A stretch of 64,000 nt of DNA from Thermoanaerobaculia bacterium (GTDB lineage: Bacteria > Acidobacteriota > Thermoanaerobaculia > Multivoradales > Multivoraceae). Position numbers and translations under genes: made by a program. Location: contig OY762911.1 in assembly GCA_963666565.1 (NCBI GenBank), positions 2,048,001 through 2,112,000 on the forward strand, given 5' to 3'. Positions 1 through 9,988 of this stretch are shown piece by piece (within the stretch, counting starts at the first letter, position 1; the number at the start of each line of letters is the position of its first letter). The notes beneath the pieces were generated by a model. That model was not told the origin of the DNA and made no database searches. It saw nothing but the letters and a program-made list of their open reading frames with translations.

Positions 1-2
1 TC

Positions 3-509
3 GATCAGGACAACACGAGCTGGAACAACGACGCCAACCTGTTCATCGGCTCGTCCAATCTCGCCGACGGCTATGGCCGGCAGCTATGGGACAACAAGGA
101 CGGGACGCTGCGCGGGGACCGGCCGCATCTCGCGAAGGTGTTCGGCCGTCTCGACCTGCCGTGGCGGGCGAGCGTCGGCGCGTTCGTCTTCTTCCAGTCC
201 GGGCAGCCGTGGGAAGCGTGGGACTCGGTCGCCTACGGGCTACCCTCCTACTTCTCGTCGACCAACCGTTACGCGGAGCAGGCCGGCAGCAGGCGCAGTC
301 CGAGCCACTGGCAACTGGACCTGGGCTACACGCAGCACTTCCTCCTGCCGACGGACCTGGGCCTTCGGCTGCGCGTCGATCTCTTCAACCTCTTCGACCG
401 CCAGACCGGCTACAACATGAATCCGTTCCGGCGCGACGCCGCTTTCGGGGAACCCCGCGACCGCTTCGATCCGCGCCGGGTGCAGATCTCCCTGAGCGTC
501 GAGTTCTGA
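3..509 (+). CDS. TonB-dependent receptor, C-terminal part (5'-truncated by window)
   Basis: Frame open from position 3; beta-barrel C-terminal pattern LRVDLFNLFD...PRRVQISLSVEF ending in Phe. Confidence 0.8.
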   Translation, partial: DQDNTSWNNDANLFIGSSNLADGYGRQLWDNKDGTLRGDRPHLAKVFGRLDLPWRASVGAFVFFQSGQPWEAWDSVAYGLPSYFSSTNRYAEQAGSRRSPSHWQLDLGYTQHFLLPTDLGLRLRVDLFNLFDRQTGYNMNPFRRDAAFGEPRDRFDPRRVQISLSVEF

Positions 510-513
510 TCCG

Positions 514-1764
514 TTGCCTCGGAACGTCGCGGATGCCGTTTCGGCGGGAGCTCGCCGGGCCGAGATCACGGTCCGGGACGCGCGCCGTCTGGCGCTGGCC
601 CGCGCGGGGCTGCTGAAGCCCGAGTGGACCGGCCTGCCGCGTTCGGCTTCCGGCCGCGGCGTGCGGGCGCGCCGGGCGCTCCACGCACTGATCGAGCGCT
701 TCGGCTACCTCCAGCTCGACACGATCTCGGTCGCGGGGGCCCGCACCCACGCGCTGGTGCCGTTGTCGCGCTGGCCCGGAATCGACCGGAACCTGCCGGA
801 GGAACTCCTGCAGCCCGGCGAGCCGATCTTCGAGTACTGGGGCCACGAAGCGAGCTGGATCCCGATCGACCTCTACCCGGCGTTCGGCTTCCGCCGGGAC
901 GAGTACCGAAGCGGCAGGACCTGGCACAGCCGCGGGATCCGCGATCACCCGGACGTGGCGAACGCGATCCTCCGCCAGGTCGAGGCCGAGGGGCCCCTCC
1001 GGTCGCTCGATCTCAAGGGGCCGATGATGGGCGAGATGTGGCGCTCGAAGCGAGAGCGGTGGGTCGCCTACTCGCTGTGGTCGACCGGCGAACTCGCCAT
1101 CCGTTCGCGGCACAACTTCCAGCGAACGTTCGACTTGCCCGAGCGGGTGATCCCCGAGCGTTGGCGGAGCGAGGAATGGCGCCTGGAGGAGGGGATCCGG
1201 GCGCTGATCCTGCGCGCCCTCGAGGGTCACGGCTGGGCGACGATCGGCGCGCTCGCCGACACCTTCCGGCTCAAGAACGTGCGCCCGCAGATCGGGACCG
1301 CGCTGGAGGAACTGGCCGCGGCGGGGGAGGCGGCCCCGTGCGACGTGATCGCGGCCGGCGGCAAGAGGCGGTCGGGATGGGTGCGCCCCGCCGACCTCGA
1401 ACTCGCCGCCCGGTTGCGCCGCGTGCGCCCGGCGCCCGACCGGGGCGTGCTGCTGTCGCCGTTCGATCCGGTGCTGTGGCGGCGGAACCGGGTGGCGCAT
1501 CTGTTCGGTTTCGACCAGATCCTGGAGATCTTCAAGCCGGCCTCGCAGCGGCGCTACGGCTACTACTGCATGCCGGTGCTCGCCGGCGACCGGCTGGCGG
1601 CGCGCTACGACCTGAAGGCGCACCGGCGCGAGGGCCGGCTGGAGGTGCTGGCGCTCCACTACGAGGCGGACGGTCCGAAGCCTCCCGCAGCCGACCGGGC
1701 GGCCGCGAAGAGCGCGTTGGCGAGATTCGCGGAGTCGGTGGAGCTGGCTGTCGACCAGGAGTAG
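514..1764 (+). CDS. ycaQ: YcaQ/AlkZ-family interstrand-crosslink repair DNA glycosylase
   Basis: LQLDTI (QxD motif), FEYWGHEAS, LLSPFDPVLW, RRYGYYCMPVL; TTG start uncertain. Confidence 0.85.
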   Translation: MPRNVADAVSAGARRAEITVRDARRLALARAGLLKPEWTGLPRSASGRGVRARRALHALIERFGYLQLDTISVAGARTHALVPLSRWPGIDRNLPEELLQPGEPIFEYWGHEASWIPIDLYPAFGFRRDEYRSGRTWHSRGIRDHPDVANAILRQVEAEGPLRSLDLKGPMMGEMWRSKRERWVAYSLWSTGELAIRSRHNFQRTFDLPERVIPERWRSEEWRLEEGIRALILRALEGHGWATIGALADTFRLKNVRPQIGTALEELAAAGEAAPCDVIAAGGKRRSGWVRPADLELAARLRRVRPAPDRGVLLSPFDPVLWRRNRVAHLFGFDQILEIFKPASQRRYGYYCMPVLAGDRLAARYDLKAHRREGRLEVLALHYEADGPKPPAADRAAAKSALARFAESVELAVDQE

Positions 1765-1808
1765 TCGCAGCCGCGAGAGGCTGTGCTGGCGCGCGTGGAA
1801 TGGCCAGT

Positions 1809-1835
1809 GCGGGTCGGAAGACCCGCGCACCCAGC
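1809..1835 (-). repeat. REP-like palindromic repeat copy
   Basis: GCGGGTCGGAAGACCCGCGCACCCAGC, reverse complement of the consensus GCTGGGTGCGCGGGTCTTCCGACCCGC. Confidence 0.85.
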
Positions 1836-1883
1836 GGAAGCCGGCGCACCCGGTGTGCGGCGAGTCCAGTACGCTGCAGCGCG

Positions 1884-2831
1884 ATGAGAAACACGCATCT
1901 TTGCCGGACCGTCCCGGTCCTGCTCTTCGCCGTATCGCTGACGGTCGGGTGCGCCGCCGAAGGCCCAAGCGACGAAGCCGACGCGCGGCCGCGGGTCGCG
2001 CTGGTCATGAAGTCGCTCGCCAACGAGTTCTTCGAGACGATGGCCGAGGGCGCGCGGGCGCACCATGAGGCGAATGCCGACGACTACGACCTTGTCGTCA
2101 ACGGCACGCGGAACGAGAGCGACCTCGCCCAGCAGGTCGCCCTGGTCGAGCAGATGGTGGCCTCCGGGAGCGACGCGATCGTCATCGCGCCGGCGGACTC
2201 GAAGGCCCTGGCGCCGGCGCTCGCGCGGGCGCAGGCTGCCGGGGTCGTCGTCGTCAACATCGACAACCGCCTCGATGCCGAGGTGGCGGCCGACACGGGT
2301 CTCGACGCGCCCTTCGTGGGCCCCGACAACCGCGACGGCGCCCGACGGGTCGGCGAGGCCCTGGCCGCGCACCTCGAGCCCGGCGACCGGGTGGCGATCG
2401 TCGGCGGCATTCCGACCGCCTTCAACGCGCAGCAGCGGCAGGCCGGCTTCGAGGACGCGATGAACGCGGCCGGCGCCGAGATCGTCGACACGCAAAGCGG
2501 CGGCTGGGAGCAGGCGCAGGCGAACGCGGTGGCGGCGGCGATGCTGCGCGAGCACCCGGATCTGCGGGCGCTGCTCTGCGCCAACGACAACATGGCGCTC
2601 GGCGCGCTGGCGGCCAGGCGCCAGAGCGGGCGCGACGACGTGGCGATCGTCGGCTTCGACAACATCGACGCGGTCGCGGACCTGGTGGCCCGGGGCGAGA
2701 TCCTGGCGACCGCCGACCAGCACGCGGACCGGCTCGCCGTGTTCGGGATCGAGGCGGCGCTCGAGATCCTGCGCGGCGGCGAGGCGAAGGACCGCCAGAC
2801 GCCGGTCGACGTGATCGTCGCGCCCGACTGA
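1884..2831 (+). CDS. Sugar (ribose/RbsB-like) ABC transporter substrate-binding lipoprotein
   Basis: Lipobox-like TVGC; VMKSLANEFF, AIVIAPADS, LCANDNMALGA, VGFD; TACGCT -10 box 8 nt before the ATG. Confidence 0.85.
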   Translation: MRNTHLCRTVPVLLFAVSLTVGCAAEGPSDEADARPRVALVMKSLANEFFETMAEGARAHHEANADDYDLVVNGTRNESDLAQQVALVEQMVASGSDAIVIAPADSKALAPALARAQAAGVVVVNIDNRLDAEVAADTGLDAPFVGPDNRDGARRVGEALAAHLEPGDRVAIVGGIPTAFNAQQRQAGFEDAMNAAGAEIVDTQSGGWEQAQANAVAAAMLREHPDLRALLCANDNMALGALAARRQSGRDDVAIVGFDNIDAVADLVARGEILATADQHADRLAVFGIEAALEILRGGEAKDRQTPVDVIVAPD

Positions 2832-2835
2832 ACCC

Positions 2836-3007
2836 GCTGGGTGCGCGGGTCTTCTGACCCGCCTTCGGTGAAGCCCCGAAGCGGCGCAGTCCGTATGACG
2901 GGGCGGCCGGCCGCAGGCCGGCGACAATCGCGGAGCCGGCCTTGGGGGCCGGCGCGTTCTTCTGGCCGCCTCCGGCGGCAGCGGGTCGGAAGACCCGCGC
3001 ACCCAGC
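2836..3007. repeat. Inverted REP doublet (REPIN-like) between convergent genes
   Basis: REP copies at 2836-2862 (+) and 2981-3007 (-). Confidence 0.85.
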
Positions 3008-3011
3008 GGAC

Positions 3012-3812
3012 TCAGGGCAGCTTCGTTACGAGGGCTTGGCCCGTCGGCAGCGCGAGCGGGGCCTCGGGCCGGCCGGCGAAGAACTCGTCCACGGCCTCCT
3101 TCTCGCCGCGTGCGGCGGGGAAGCCGTAGTCGTCGAAGACGACGACCGCGCCGGCGGCGAGGCGCGGGTAGAAGTAGTCCAGGCAGTCGAGGGTCGAGCG
3201 GTAGAGGTCGACGTCGATGTGGACGAAGGCGAAGCGCGAGTCCTCCAGGCCCTCGAACGTCGACGGGATGAAGCCCTCGTGGATCCGGAGGCTGCCCGGG
3301 AAGCGGCCGAGAAGCCGCTCGACGTCCCGCGCCGAGGTGGCCCGGAAGACGCCCTCTTCCAGGTCCGGGTCCCGCTCCGGATCGGGCGCCGGGAGCCCCT
3401 CGAAGCTGTCGAAGAGATGAAGGGCCTTGCCGCTTCCTTTCAGCACCCTGGAGAGGAGGAGCGCCGTGCCGCCGCGGTACACGCCGCACTCCGCGAAGTC
3501 GCCCGCGACGGACAGCGCCTGGCGGCCGAGGCGGTAGAGCACCTGGCAGCGGTCGGCGGAGACCACCGTGTACGGCTCGACGCCGTCGTACGCCTCCCGG
3601 AAGTCCGGTTCGCCGCGCCAGGGGGCCCAGATCGGCGATGGGGAGCGCCACTCGCGGTAGAAATCCCCGGAGGCGTCCGCCATTGCGGTCGAGTCCCGGC
3701 GGGACCGGGGAAAGACCTCGAAGTCGTAGCCGAAGCGGCGCAGGAGGCCCTTCGTCAGCCGGTATGCAGCGGCCCTCGCGTCGCCGCGGAGCCTGCGAAC
3801 GAGAGAGAGCAT
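3012..3812 (-). CDS. TylF/MycF/NovP-family O-methyltransferase
   Basis: GDFAECGVYRGGT, LFDSFEGLP, FVHIDVDLYRST, VVFDDYG. Confidence 0.85.
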   Translation of the reverse strand: MLSLVRRLRGDARAAAYRLTKGLLRRFGYDFEVFPRSRRDSTAMADASGDFYREWRSPSPIWAPWRGEPDFREAYDGVEPYTVVSADRCQVLYRLGRQALSVAGDFAECGVYRGGTALLLSRVLKGSGKALHLFDSFEGLPAPDPERDPDLEEGVFRATSARDVERLLGRFPGSLRIHEGFIPSTFEGLEDSRFAFVHIDVDLYRSTLDCLDYFYPRLAAGAVVVFDDYGFPAARGEKEAVDEFFAGRPEAPLALPTGQALVTKLP

Positions 3813-3866
3813 CGGCGCCGGTCGCGACTGTATCCTCGGCTCGATGCTCGGCGGGGGTTTTGATCG

Positions 3867-4832
3867 ATGACGCTGGCGGCTGCCGGCTGGCGCCGCGCCC
3901 TCGCTCCGGGCTATCGGAGCGGACTCGTCCTGGTGCTCCTCGGCCTGTGCGTGGTCTTCGGACTCGTAACCGACCACTTCTGGAGCGCGCTGACCTTCCG
4001 CACGCTGGCGAACCAGTTGCCGCCGCTGGTGGTGGCGTCGGCCGGACTGACCCTGGTGCTGATCGCCGGCGGCATCGACCTCTCGGTCGGCTCCGTGCTG
4101 GCGCTGGCGGCGGCGGTTCTGGGCGTGCTGACGGTCGATCAGGGGCTGCCGCTGGTGGCGGCGGCGCTGGTTGCGCTCGTCGTCGGCGCGCTCTGCGGCG
4201 CGATCAACGGCGCCCTCGTGGCGCGCTGGTCCATTCCGTCCTTCCTGGTCACGCTCGGCATGCTGGAGATCGCCCGCGGCTCGACCTATCTCGTCACCGC
4301 GTCGCGGACGAGCTACCTGGGCGACCGCGTCTCGGTTCTCGGCGCGGCGACGCCGGTGCTCGGGCTCTCCGCGGCGTTCATCGGCTCGCTCGCGCTGGTC
4401 GGCGCGCTGCAGTTCGTCCTCTCGCGCACGGCCTTCGGGCGATGGGTGTTCGCGGTGGGCGGCAACCGGGAGGCCCTGCGGCGTTGCGGCGTTCGCCCCG
4501 CGCGCGTCCAGTTCGCGGTGTTCACGCTCGCCGGTTTGCTGGCGGCCGTCGCCGGGCTGTGCCAGGTCGGCTACCTGCAGTCGGCCGATCCGAACGCGGC
4601 CATCGGAATGGAACTGTCGGCCATCGCCGCGGTCGTCATCGGCGGCACGTCGCTCATGGGCGGGCGGGGGTCCGTCGCGGGCACCTTGCTCGGCGTGCTC
4701 GTGATCGCCGTGCTGCAGACGGGCCTCGCCCAGGCCGGCGCCACGGAGCCGACGAAGCGGATCATTACCGGCGCCGCGATCCTGCTGGCGGTGGCTACGG
4801 ACATGTGGCGGCGCCGCCGCGTGCGGCGGTAA
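3867..4832 (+). CDS. Sugar ABC transporter permease (RbsC-like)
   Basis: GGIDLSVGS, IPSFLVTLG, AVGGNREA, ELSAIAAVVIGGTSLMGGRG. Confidence 0.9.
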   Translation: MTLAAAGWRRALAPGYRSGLVLVLLGLCVVFGLVTDHFWSALTFRTLANQLPPLVVASAGLTLVLIAGGIDLSVGSVLALAAAVLGVLTVDQGLPLVAAALVALVVGALCGAINGALVARWSIPSFLVTLGMLEIARGSTYLVTASRTSYLGDRVSVLGAATPVLGLSAAFIGSLALVGALQFVLSRTAFGRWVFAVGGNREALRRCGVRPARVQFAVFTLAGLLAAVAGLCQVGYLQSADPNAAIGMELSAIAAVVIGGTSLMGGRGSVAGTLLGVLVIAVLQTGLAQAGATEPTKRIITGAAILLAVATDMWRRRRVRR

Positions 4833-4955
4833 GGTCGCCGCTCCGCGGCGCGTTCTCTCAAGGCGGGTCGGAAGACCCGCGCACCCGGCGGCGGTAAGGC
4901 CGTCGCTTCGCGGTGCGTTTTCTCAAGCGGGTCGGAAGACCCGCGCACCCGGCGG
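4828..4955 (-). repeat. Tandem ~64-bp unit x2, each containing a REP copy
   Basis: GGTAAGG...CTCAAG(G)CGGGTCGGAAGACCCGCGCACCCGGCGGC repeated; REPs at 4863-4889 and 4927-4953. Confidence 0.8.
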
Positions 4956-5036
4956 CCGTTCCGCAGCCGGGGCGGCTATTCTGGGTGCCGCGGACGTACT
5001 CGCGCCCGGAGCAGCCCGACCGATGAGGAGGCCGAC

Positions 5037-6236
5037 ATGAAGAACCGATCCACCATCCGCAGTCTGACCCTCGCCGCCGCGACGCTGGCCGTGGCGGTCG
5101 CGCCGCTCGCCGCCCAGGAGCGGGCGATCGAGTTCCCCGACGTCGACGGCTATCGGACCTTCGCCGTCGACCTGCACACCCACTCCGTCTTCTCCGACGG
5201 CATGGTCTGGCCGATCATCCGCATGCAGGAGTCCGAACGCGACGGCCTCGCGTTGATGGCCGTCACCGAACACCTGGAGTACCAGCCGCGGATGCAGGAC
5301 ATCCCGCACCCGGACCGGAATCGCTCCTACGTCGTCGCCAGCGAGTACGTCGCGGAGGCGGGGCTGGACGCGATGGTGGTCAACGGCGCCGAGATCACGC
5401 GCAGCATGCCGCCGGGCCACGTCAACGCCGTGTTCATCGAGGACGCGAACGCGCTCCTCGTGCAGACCAGCGGCGCGGACTACATGACTCGGCTTCGTCC
5501 CTCCACACCGGAGGAGCAGGCCGCGAGCGAGCGGGAGGCGCGGCGGGCGATCGAGGCGGCCAACGCGCAGAACGCCTTCGTCTTCTGGAATCACCCGAAC
5601 TGGCCGCGCCAGCGGCCCGACGGCGTCGCCAGGCTGACCGACATGCACCGCGATCTCATCGCCGAGGGCCTGCTGCACGGCATCGAGGTGGCGAACGGGG
5701 ACTTCTACTCGGCCGAGTCGCTCCAGATCGCGCTCGACAACGACCTGGCGATCCTCGGCGTCTCCGACGTCCACTACCTGATCGACTGGGACTACCTGCC
5801 CCATGCCGGCGGCCACCGCACGGTGACTCTCGTCTTCGCCGAAGAACGGACCGCCGAGTCGATCAAGGAGGCGCTGCACGCGAACCGCACGGTCGCCTGG
5901 CTGGCCAACTGGCTGATCGGCCGCGAAGACGCGCTGATGCCGCTGCTCGAGGCGTCGCTGCTGCTGACGAAGGTCGAACGCAGCGATGGCGACGAACTGA
6001 TCGACATCCGGCTCTCGAACGTCTCGGACGCCGCCTTCGACCTGCGGGTGACGAGCGGGCACCGCTTCAACGGCCCGCCGTCGACGATGCGGGTCGAGCC
6101 GCACAGCGACATCGACCTGGCGATCAGCGGCGAAACGCGCTCCAGCTTCGAGATGGCCTTCGAGGTTCTGAACGCCATCACGGCGCCGGAGACGCACCCG
6201 ACGCTGCGGCTGCCGGTCGAGCTGCCGCCGCAGTAG
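5037..6236 (+). CDS. Secreted PHP-domain phosphoesterase
   Basis: Signal peptide; DLHTHSVFSDG, VTEH, GAEITR..PPGH, WNHP, GVSDVH metal-ligand motifs; GAGGAGG RBS. Confidence 0.8.
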   Translation: MKNRSTIRSLTLAAATLAVAVAPLAAQERAIEFPDVDGYRTFAVDLHTHSVFSDGMVWPIIRMQESERDGLALMAVTEHLEYQPRMQDIPHPDRNRSYVVASEYVAEAGLDAMVVNGAEITRSMPPGHVNAVFIEDANALLVQTSGADYMTRLRPSTPEEQAASEREARRAIEAANAQNAFVFWNHPNWPRQRPDGVARLTDMHRDLIAEGLLHGIEVANGDFYSAESLQIALDNDLAILGVSDVHYLIDWDYLPHAGGHRTVTLVFAEERTAESIKEALHANRTVAWLANWLIGREDALMPLLEASLLLTKVERSDGDELIDIRLSNVSDAAFDLRVTSGHRFNGPPSTMRVEPHSDIDLAISGETRSSFEMAFEVLNAITAPETHPTLRLPVELPPQ

Positions 6237-6240
6237 CAAG

Positions 6241-6365
6241 ACTGGGTGCGCGGGTCTGCCATCCGTGCGCCCGATGACGGCCGCACGGACCGGTTCACGG
6301 CTGGCGCGGTTCGCGCCACCCGGGTGCCTGGCCCGCTGCCGGGTGCCTGACCCGCTGCCGGTGGC
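6241..6365 (+). repeat. Composite REP-headed hairpin element (second copy at 10028-10110) plus short tandem repeat
   Basis: CTGGGTGCGC..GCCATCCGTGCGCCCGATGACG..CGCACGGA...TGGCGCGG..CGCGCCACCCGGG shared with 10028-10110. Confidence 0.7.
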
Positions 6366-6367
6366 GC

Positions 6368-7465
6368 TCAGTCCCGTTCGCCGCGGCGCTGGCGCTCGAC
6401 GATCCGGCGCACCGAATCCACGTCGGGCGCCCAGTACCGTTCCCGGTCTTCGACCGGCGGTTCGGCCAGCGGCCGTACGACGCGGAAGCCCAGGAAGCGG
6501 GCGTTCGTGTGGTACCAGACGCTCTGCGGGATCTGGGGATCCATCCGCTTCCACGAGAGGTCCGATCCGCGGCGGGCGGCGCAGCGAAGGTCGGCCGGCT
6601 CGTCCCGCCAGGAGCCGCCGCGGACGCTGCGCGGGTACTCCCTCTCCGGCCAGGCGATCGGGTCGACGAGAACCTCGCCCTCGCCGAGTTCCGCGTAGGC
6701 GGCCCAGGCGTCGAGGGTCCACTCGGCGACGTTGCCGTGCAAGTCGAAGAGTCCCCAGGCGTTCGGTTTCAGCCGGGCGATCTCGCGGTAGCGGCGGCCG
6801 CTGTTGCCGGCGTGCCAGGCGAAGCGGTCGATCTCCGCCGGGGCGTCGCCGAACGACCATGCCGTGTCCGCGCCGGCGCGGCAGGCGCGTTCCCACTCGG
6901 CCTCGGTCGGCAGCCGGTAGAAACGGCCGGTCTTCATCGACAGCCACTTGGTGAAGTGGCGAGCCGCGAACTGGGTCATCGAGATGGCCGGGAATCCCTC
7001 GACGCCCATGCCGAAGTCCATCGGCCGGTAGGGCGGCGTCGGCCGGCTCACCGCGTCCGCCCAGGCGGCCGCAGGTTCCTCGCCGCCGCGGTCCATGTCG
7101 AACATGAAGACGCGGTACAGGGCCCAGGTCGTCTCGTGGGTCGCCATCCAGAACGGGCCGACTCGCACCCGGAGGCGCGGGGATTCCAGTTCGCCGCGTC
7201 CGGGTTCCGTGTCCGGGCTGCCGAGCAGGAACTCGCCGCCCGGAACCGGCGTCATGTCGAGGTGAAGCTCTCCGCCTTCGACGCCGGCGCCGACGCCGAC
7301 GATCCGCTCCCGGTAGGGCCGCATGTCGGCCTCCGCGGCCGCGACGGCGGCCGGCACTTCCACCGGCGGCGGTTCGCCGGGAGGCATGTCCGGGTAGCGG
7401 CTCGCTCCTGGCTCTTGCGCCGCGGCCAGGAACAGCGCTCCTGCGAGCGCCGGCCCCCTCAGCAT
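6368..7465 (-). CDS. Formylglycine-generating-enzyme (SUMF1) fold protein, probably exported
   Basis: YRLPTEAEWERACRAG, PNAWGLFDLHGNVAEW, RGGSW, LGFRVVR. Confidence 0.85.
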   Translation of the reverse strand: MLRGPALAGALFLAAAQEPGASRYPDMPPGEPPPVEVPAAVAAAEADMRPYRERIVGVGAGVEGGELHLDMTPVPGGEFLLGSPDTEPGRGELESPRLRVRVGPFWMATHETTWALYRVFMFDMDRGGEEPAAAWADAVSRPTPPYRPMDFGMGVEGFPAISMTQFAARHFTKWLSMKTGRFYRLPTEAEWERACRAGADTAWSFGDAPAEIDRFAWHAGNSGRRYREIARLKPNAWGLFDLHGNVAEWTLDAWAAYAELGEGEVLVDPIAWPEREYPRSVRGGSWRDEPADLRCAARRGSDLSWKRMDPQIPQSVWYHTNARFLGFRVVRPLAEPPVEDRERYWAPDVDSVRRIVERQRRGERD

Positions 7466-7470
7466 TTCCT

Positions 7471-7581
7471 CTGAGTGCGCGGGTCCTCCGACCCGCCGCC
7501 GCCGAAGGCGGCCTCCGAACCGTACATCCGCTGGGTGCGCGGGTCTTCCGACCCGCTGCCGCCGAAGGCGGCCTCCGAACC
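7471..7581 (+). repeat. Tandem 60-bp unit x2, each with a REP copy
   Basis: CTGRGTGCGCGGGTCYTCCGACCCGCYGCCGCCGAAGGCGGCCTCCGAACC at 7471 and 7531. Confidence 0.85.
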
Positions 7582-7655
7582 ATCGCCGGCTCTGCCGGCG
7601 TCCGCACTGTTCAGCACGCCGCCGTCACCCATGCGTCAGCGCTGCGACCACTCGC

Positions 7656-8447
7656 CTAACGTCCCTTGAAGACCGGCCGCCGCTTCTCCAGGAAGGCCGC
7701 GATGCCTTCCGCCGCGTCTTCGGTGCGGGCGGCGTCGGCGATCGCCTGCGACTCGAACTCCATCTGGGACTCCAGGTCCTCGGAGAAGGACTGCAGAACG
7801 AGTTCCCTCGCCCTGCCGAAGGCCCACGTCGGCCCCGCGGCGAGCTGCTTCGCCAGCGCCTCCGCCCGCGCATCGAGATCTTCCGGCGCCACGACTTCGG
7901 TCACCAAGCCCCAGTCCAGGGCCTCGGCAGCCGAGAGCGCCCGGTTCGTCAGGATGAGCTCGAGCGTGCGGTGACGCCCCAGGAGCCTCGGCAGGAACCA
8001 GGTCGAACTGCCGTCCGGCGTCAGGCCGGCGGCCGTGTAGGCCATCGTGAACCTCGCCTTCTCCGAGGCGACGACCAGGTCGGCGGCGCAGGCCATCGAG
8101 AAGCCGGCGCCGGCCGCCGCCCCCTGCACCGCGGCGACGATCGGCGCCCGCCCGCGGACCAGCCGCGTCAGCGACGCGTGAAGGAAAGCCGTCATCTCCT
8201 TGAGCACCTTGGGCAGCGAGTCGCCGGCGGCGTTGAACGCCGCCACGTCGCCGCCGCCGCAGAACATCGGCCCCGTGCTTCGCAGCAGGATCGCCCGGAC
8301 CTCGGGGTTCTCGTCGCACTCGATCCCGATCTGGAGCAGCTCCCGCGCCATCTGCGGGCTGATCGTGTTTGCCGCTTCGGGCCGGTTCAGCGTGATCCGG
8401 GCGACGCCGTCCCGGAGGTCGAGGGTCACGGTGCTCGTGTCGTTCAT
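7656..8447 (-). CDS. Enoyl-CoA hydratase/isomerase
   Basis: ITLNRPEAANT, FCGGGD, AAGAGFS, AFLEKRRPVFKG; TACCAT 7 nt before the ATG. Confidence 0.9.
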   Translation of the reverse strand: MNDTSTVTLDLRDGVARITLNRPEAANTISPQMARELLQIGIECDENPEVRAILLRSTGPMFCGGGDVAAFNAAGDSLPKVLKEMTAFLHASLTRLVRGRAPIVAAVQGAAAGAGFSMACAADLVVASEKARFTMAYTAAGLTPDGSSTWFLPRLLGRHRTLELILTNRALSAAEALDWGLVTEVVAPEDLDARAEALAKQLAAGPTWAFGRARELVLQSFSEDLESQMEFESQAIADAARTEDAAEGIAAFLEKRRPVFKGR

Positions 8448-8637
8448 GGCGGCGATGGTAGCGGAGGCTGACGGTGGCGCCAGCGTCCGAGACGCCTCGC
8501 AGGCTCGGCGCTTCGGCCCATCCGGTCCTCGCTCGGGAGCTTGAGCCGCGAACTCGCTACACTGCGTTCCGCGGCGCAAGCTACTAGACTAGGACGACCG
8601 GAGACGAAGACGGCACCTGGCGGTGCGGGGAGACACG

Positions 8638-9969
8638 ATGGACGGAACCTCTCGACGCAGTTTCATCACCGGGGCCTCGGCGGCCCTGCTGGCAGGCGGA
8701 GTCGGCGGCCGCGCGGCGGCGGCCGCGAACGCGGACCCCGACGTGGGCCGCGCCCGCGGCGACGACACGCTCCGCATCGGCCTGATCGGCTGCGGCGGCC
8801 GCGGCACCGGCGCCGCGGCGCAGGCGCTCTCGACTTCGGGGCCGGTCGAACTGGTGGCGATGGCCGACGCCTTCGAGGACCGGGTCGAGAACTGCTACGC
8901 GCGGCTCGCCGAGATGGGCGAGGAAGGCTCGTTCGAGAACGGCAAGCGCCTCCAGGTGCCGGCCGAGAACCGCTACGTGGGCTTCGACGCCTACCGCAGG
9001 GTGATCGACTCCGGCGTCGACGTCGTCGTCCACGCGACGCCGCCGGGCTTCCGGCCCGAGCATTTCGAGTACGCGGTCGAGCAGGGCAAGCACGTCTTCA
9101 TGGAGAAGCCGGTCGCGGTCGACGCGCCGGGCGTGCGGCGCGTGCTCAAGGCCGCCAAGCTGGCGAAGGAGAAGGACCTCAAGGTCGGCGTCGGCCTGCA
9201 GCGGCACCACAGCGCGATGTACAACGCGACGATCGACCGGGTCCACGACGGCGCCATCGGCGACGTGGTCGCGCTTCGCGTCTACTGGAACGGCGCCGGC
9301 CTCTGGGTGCGGGAGCGCCAGCCCGGCCAGACCGAGATGGAGTACCAGATGCGCAACTGGTACTACTTCAACTGGCTCTGCGGCGACCACATCGTCGAAC
9401 AGCACATCCACAACATCGACGTCGGCAACTGGGTCAAGGGCGGGCACCCCGTCGAAGCCCAGGGCCAGGGCGGCCGCCAGTGGCGGAACGGCCCCGACCA
9501 CGGCGAGATCTTCGACCACCACTTCGTCGAGTACACCTACGACGACGGCGCCGTCATGCTGAGCCAGTGCCGCCACATCCAGAACTGCTGGGACCAGGTC
9601 GCCGAGTTCGCGCACGGCACCAAGGGCAAGGCGGCCCTGGCCGCCGGCGTGATCAAGGCGCCGGGCGGCTGGAAGCACCGCGAACCGGAGGACGAGAAGA
9701 GCCCGTACCAGGTCGAGCACGACCGCCTGTTCGAGGCCATCCGCGAAGGCAAGCCCTTCAACGAGGCGAAGAACGGCGCCATCGCCACGATGACCGCCGT
9801 CATGGGCCGCATGGCCACCTACTCCGGCAAGAAGATCACCTGGGACGAGGCGCTCAAGTCGGACGTGTCCTTCGAGCCGGCGAAGTACGCCTGGGACGCC
9901 GCGCCGCCGACGGTGCCGGACGAGCACGGCCGGTACACCGTGGCGGTGCCGGGAGTGACGAAGGCGTAG
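8638..9969 (+). CDS. Tat-exported Gfo/Idh/MocA-family oxidoreductase
   Basis: SRRSFI twin-arginine signal; GLIGCGGRGTG, FMEKPVA, EQHIHNID. Confidence 0.9.
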   Translation: MDGTSRRSFITGASAALLAGGVGGRAAAAANADPDVGRARGDDTLRIGLIGCGGRGTGAAAQALSTSGPVELVAMADAFEDRVENCYARLAEMGEEGSFENGKRLQVPAENRYVGFDAYRRVIDSGVDVVVHATPPGFRPEHFEYAVEQGKHVFMEKPVAVDAPGVRRVLKAAKLAKEKDLKVGVGLQRHHSAMYNATIDRVHDGAIGDVVALRVYWNGAGLWVRERQPGQTEMEYQMRNWYYFNWLCGDHIVEQHIHNIDVGNWVKGGHPVEAQGQGGRQWRNGPDHGEIFDHHFVEYTYDDGAVMLSQCRHIQNCWDQVAEFAHGTKGKAALAAGVIKAPGGWKHREPEDEKSPYQVEHDRLFEAIREGKPFNEAKNGAIATMTAVMGRMATYSGKKITWDEALKSDVSFEPAKYAWDAAPPTVPDEHGRYTVAVPGVTKA

Positions 9970-9988
9970 ACAAGTCTGACGCCAGTCA

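Noticed and set aside
6368-7465. True sulfatase-activating FGE for the tandem sulfatase
   Set aside because: Lacks the catalytic CxxxxC after RGGS (has RGGSWRDEPADLRC); FGE fold only, and ~49 kb away
4828-7581. 60-64-bp periodic REP units as CRISPR repeat-spacer arrays
   Set aside because: Only two units each and the intervening sequences are duplicated rather than unique
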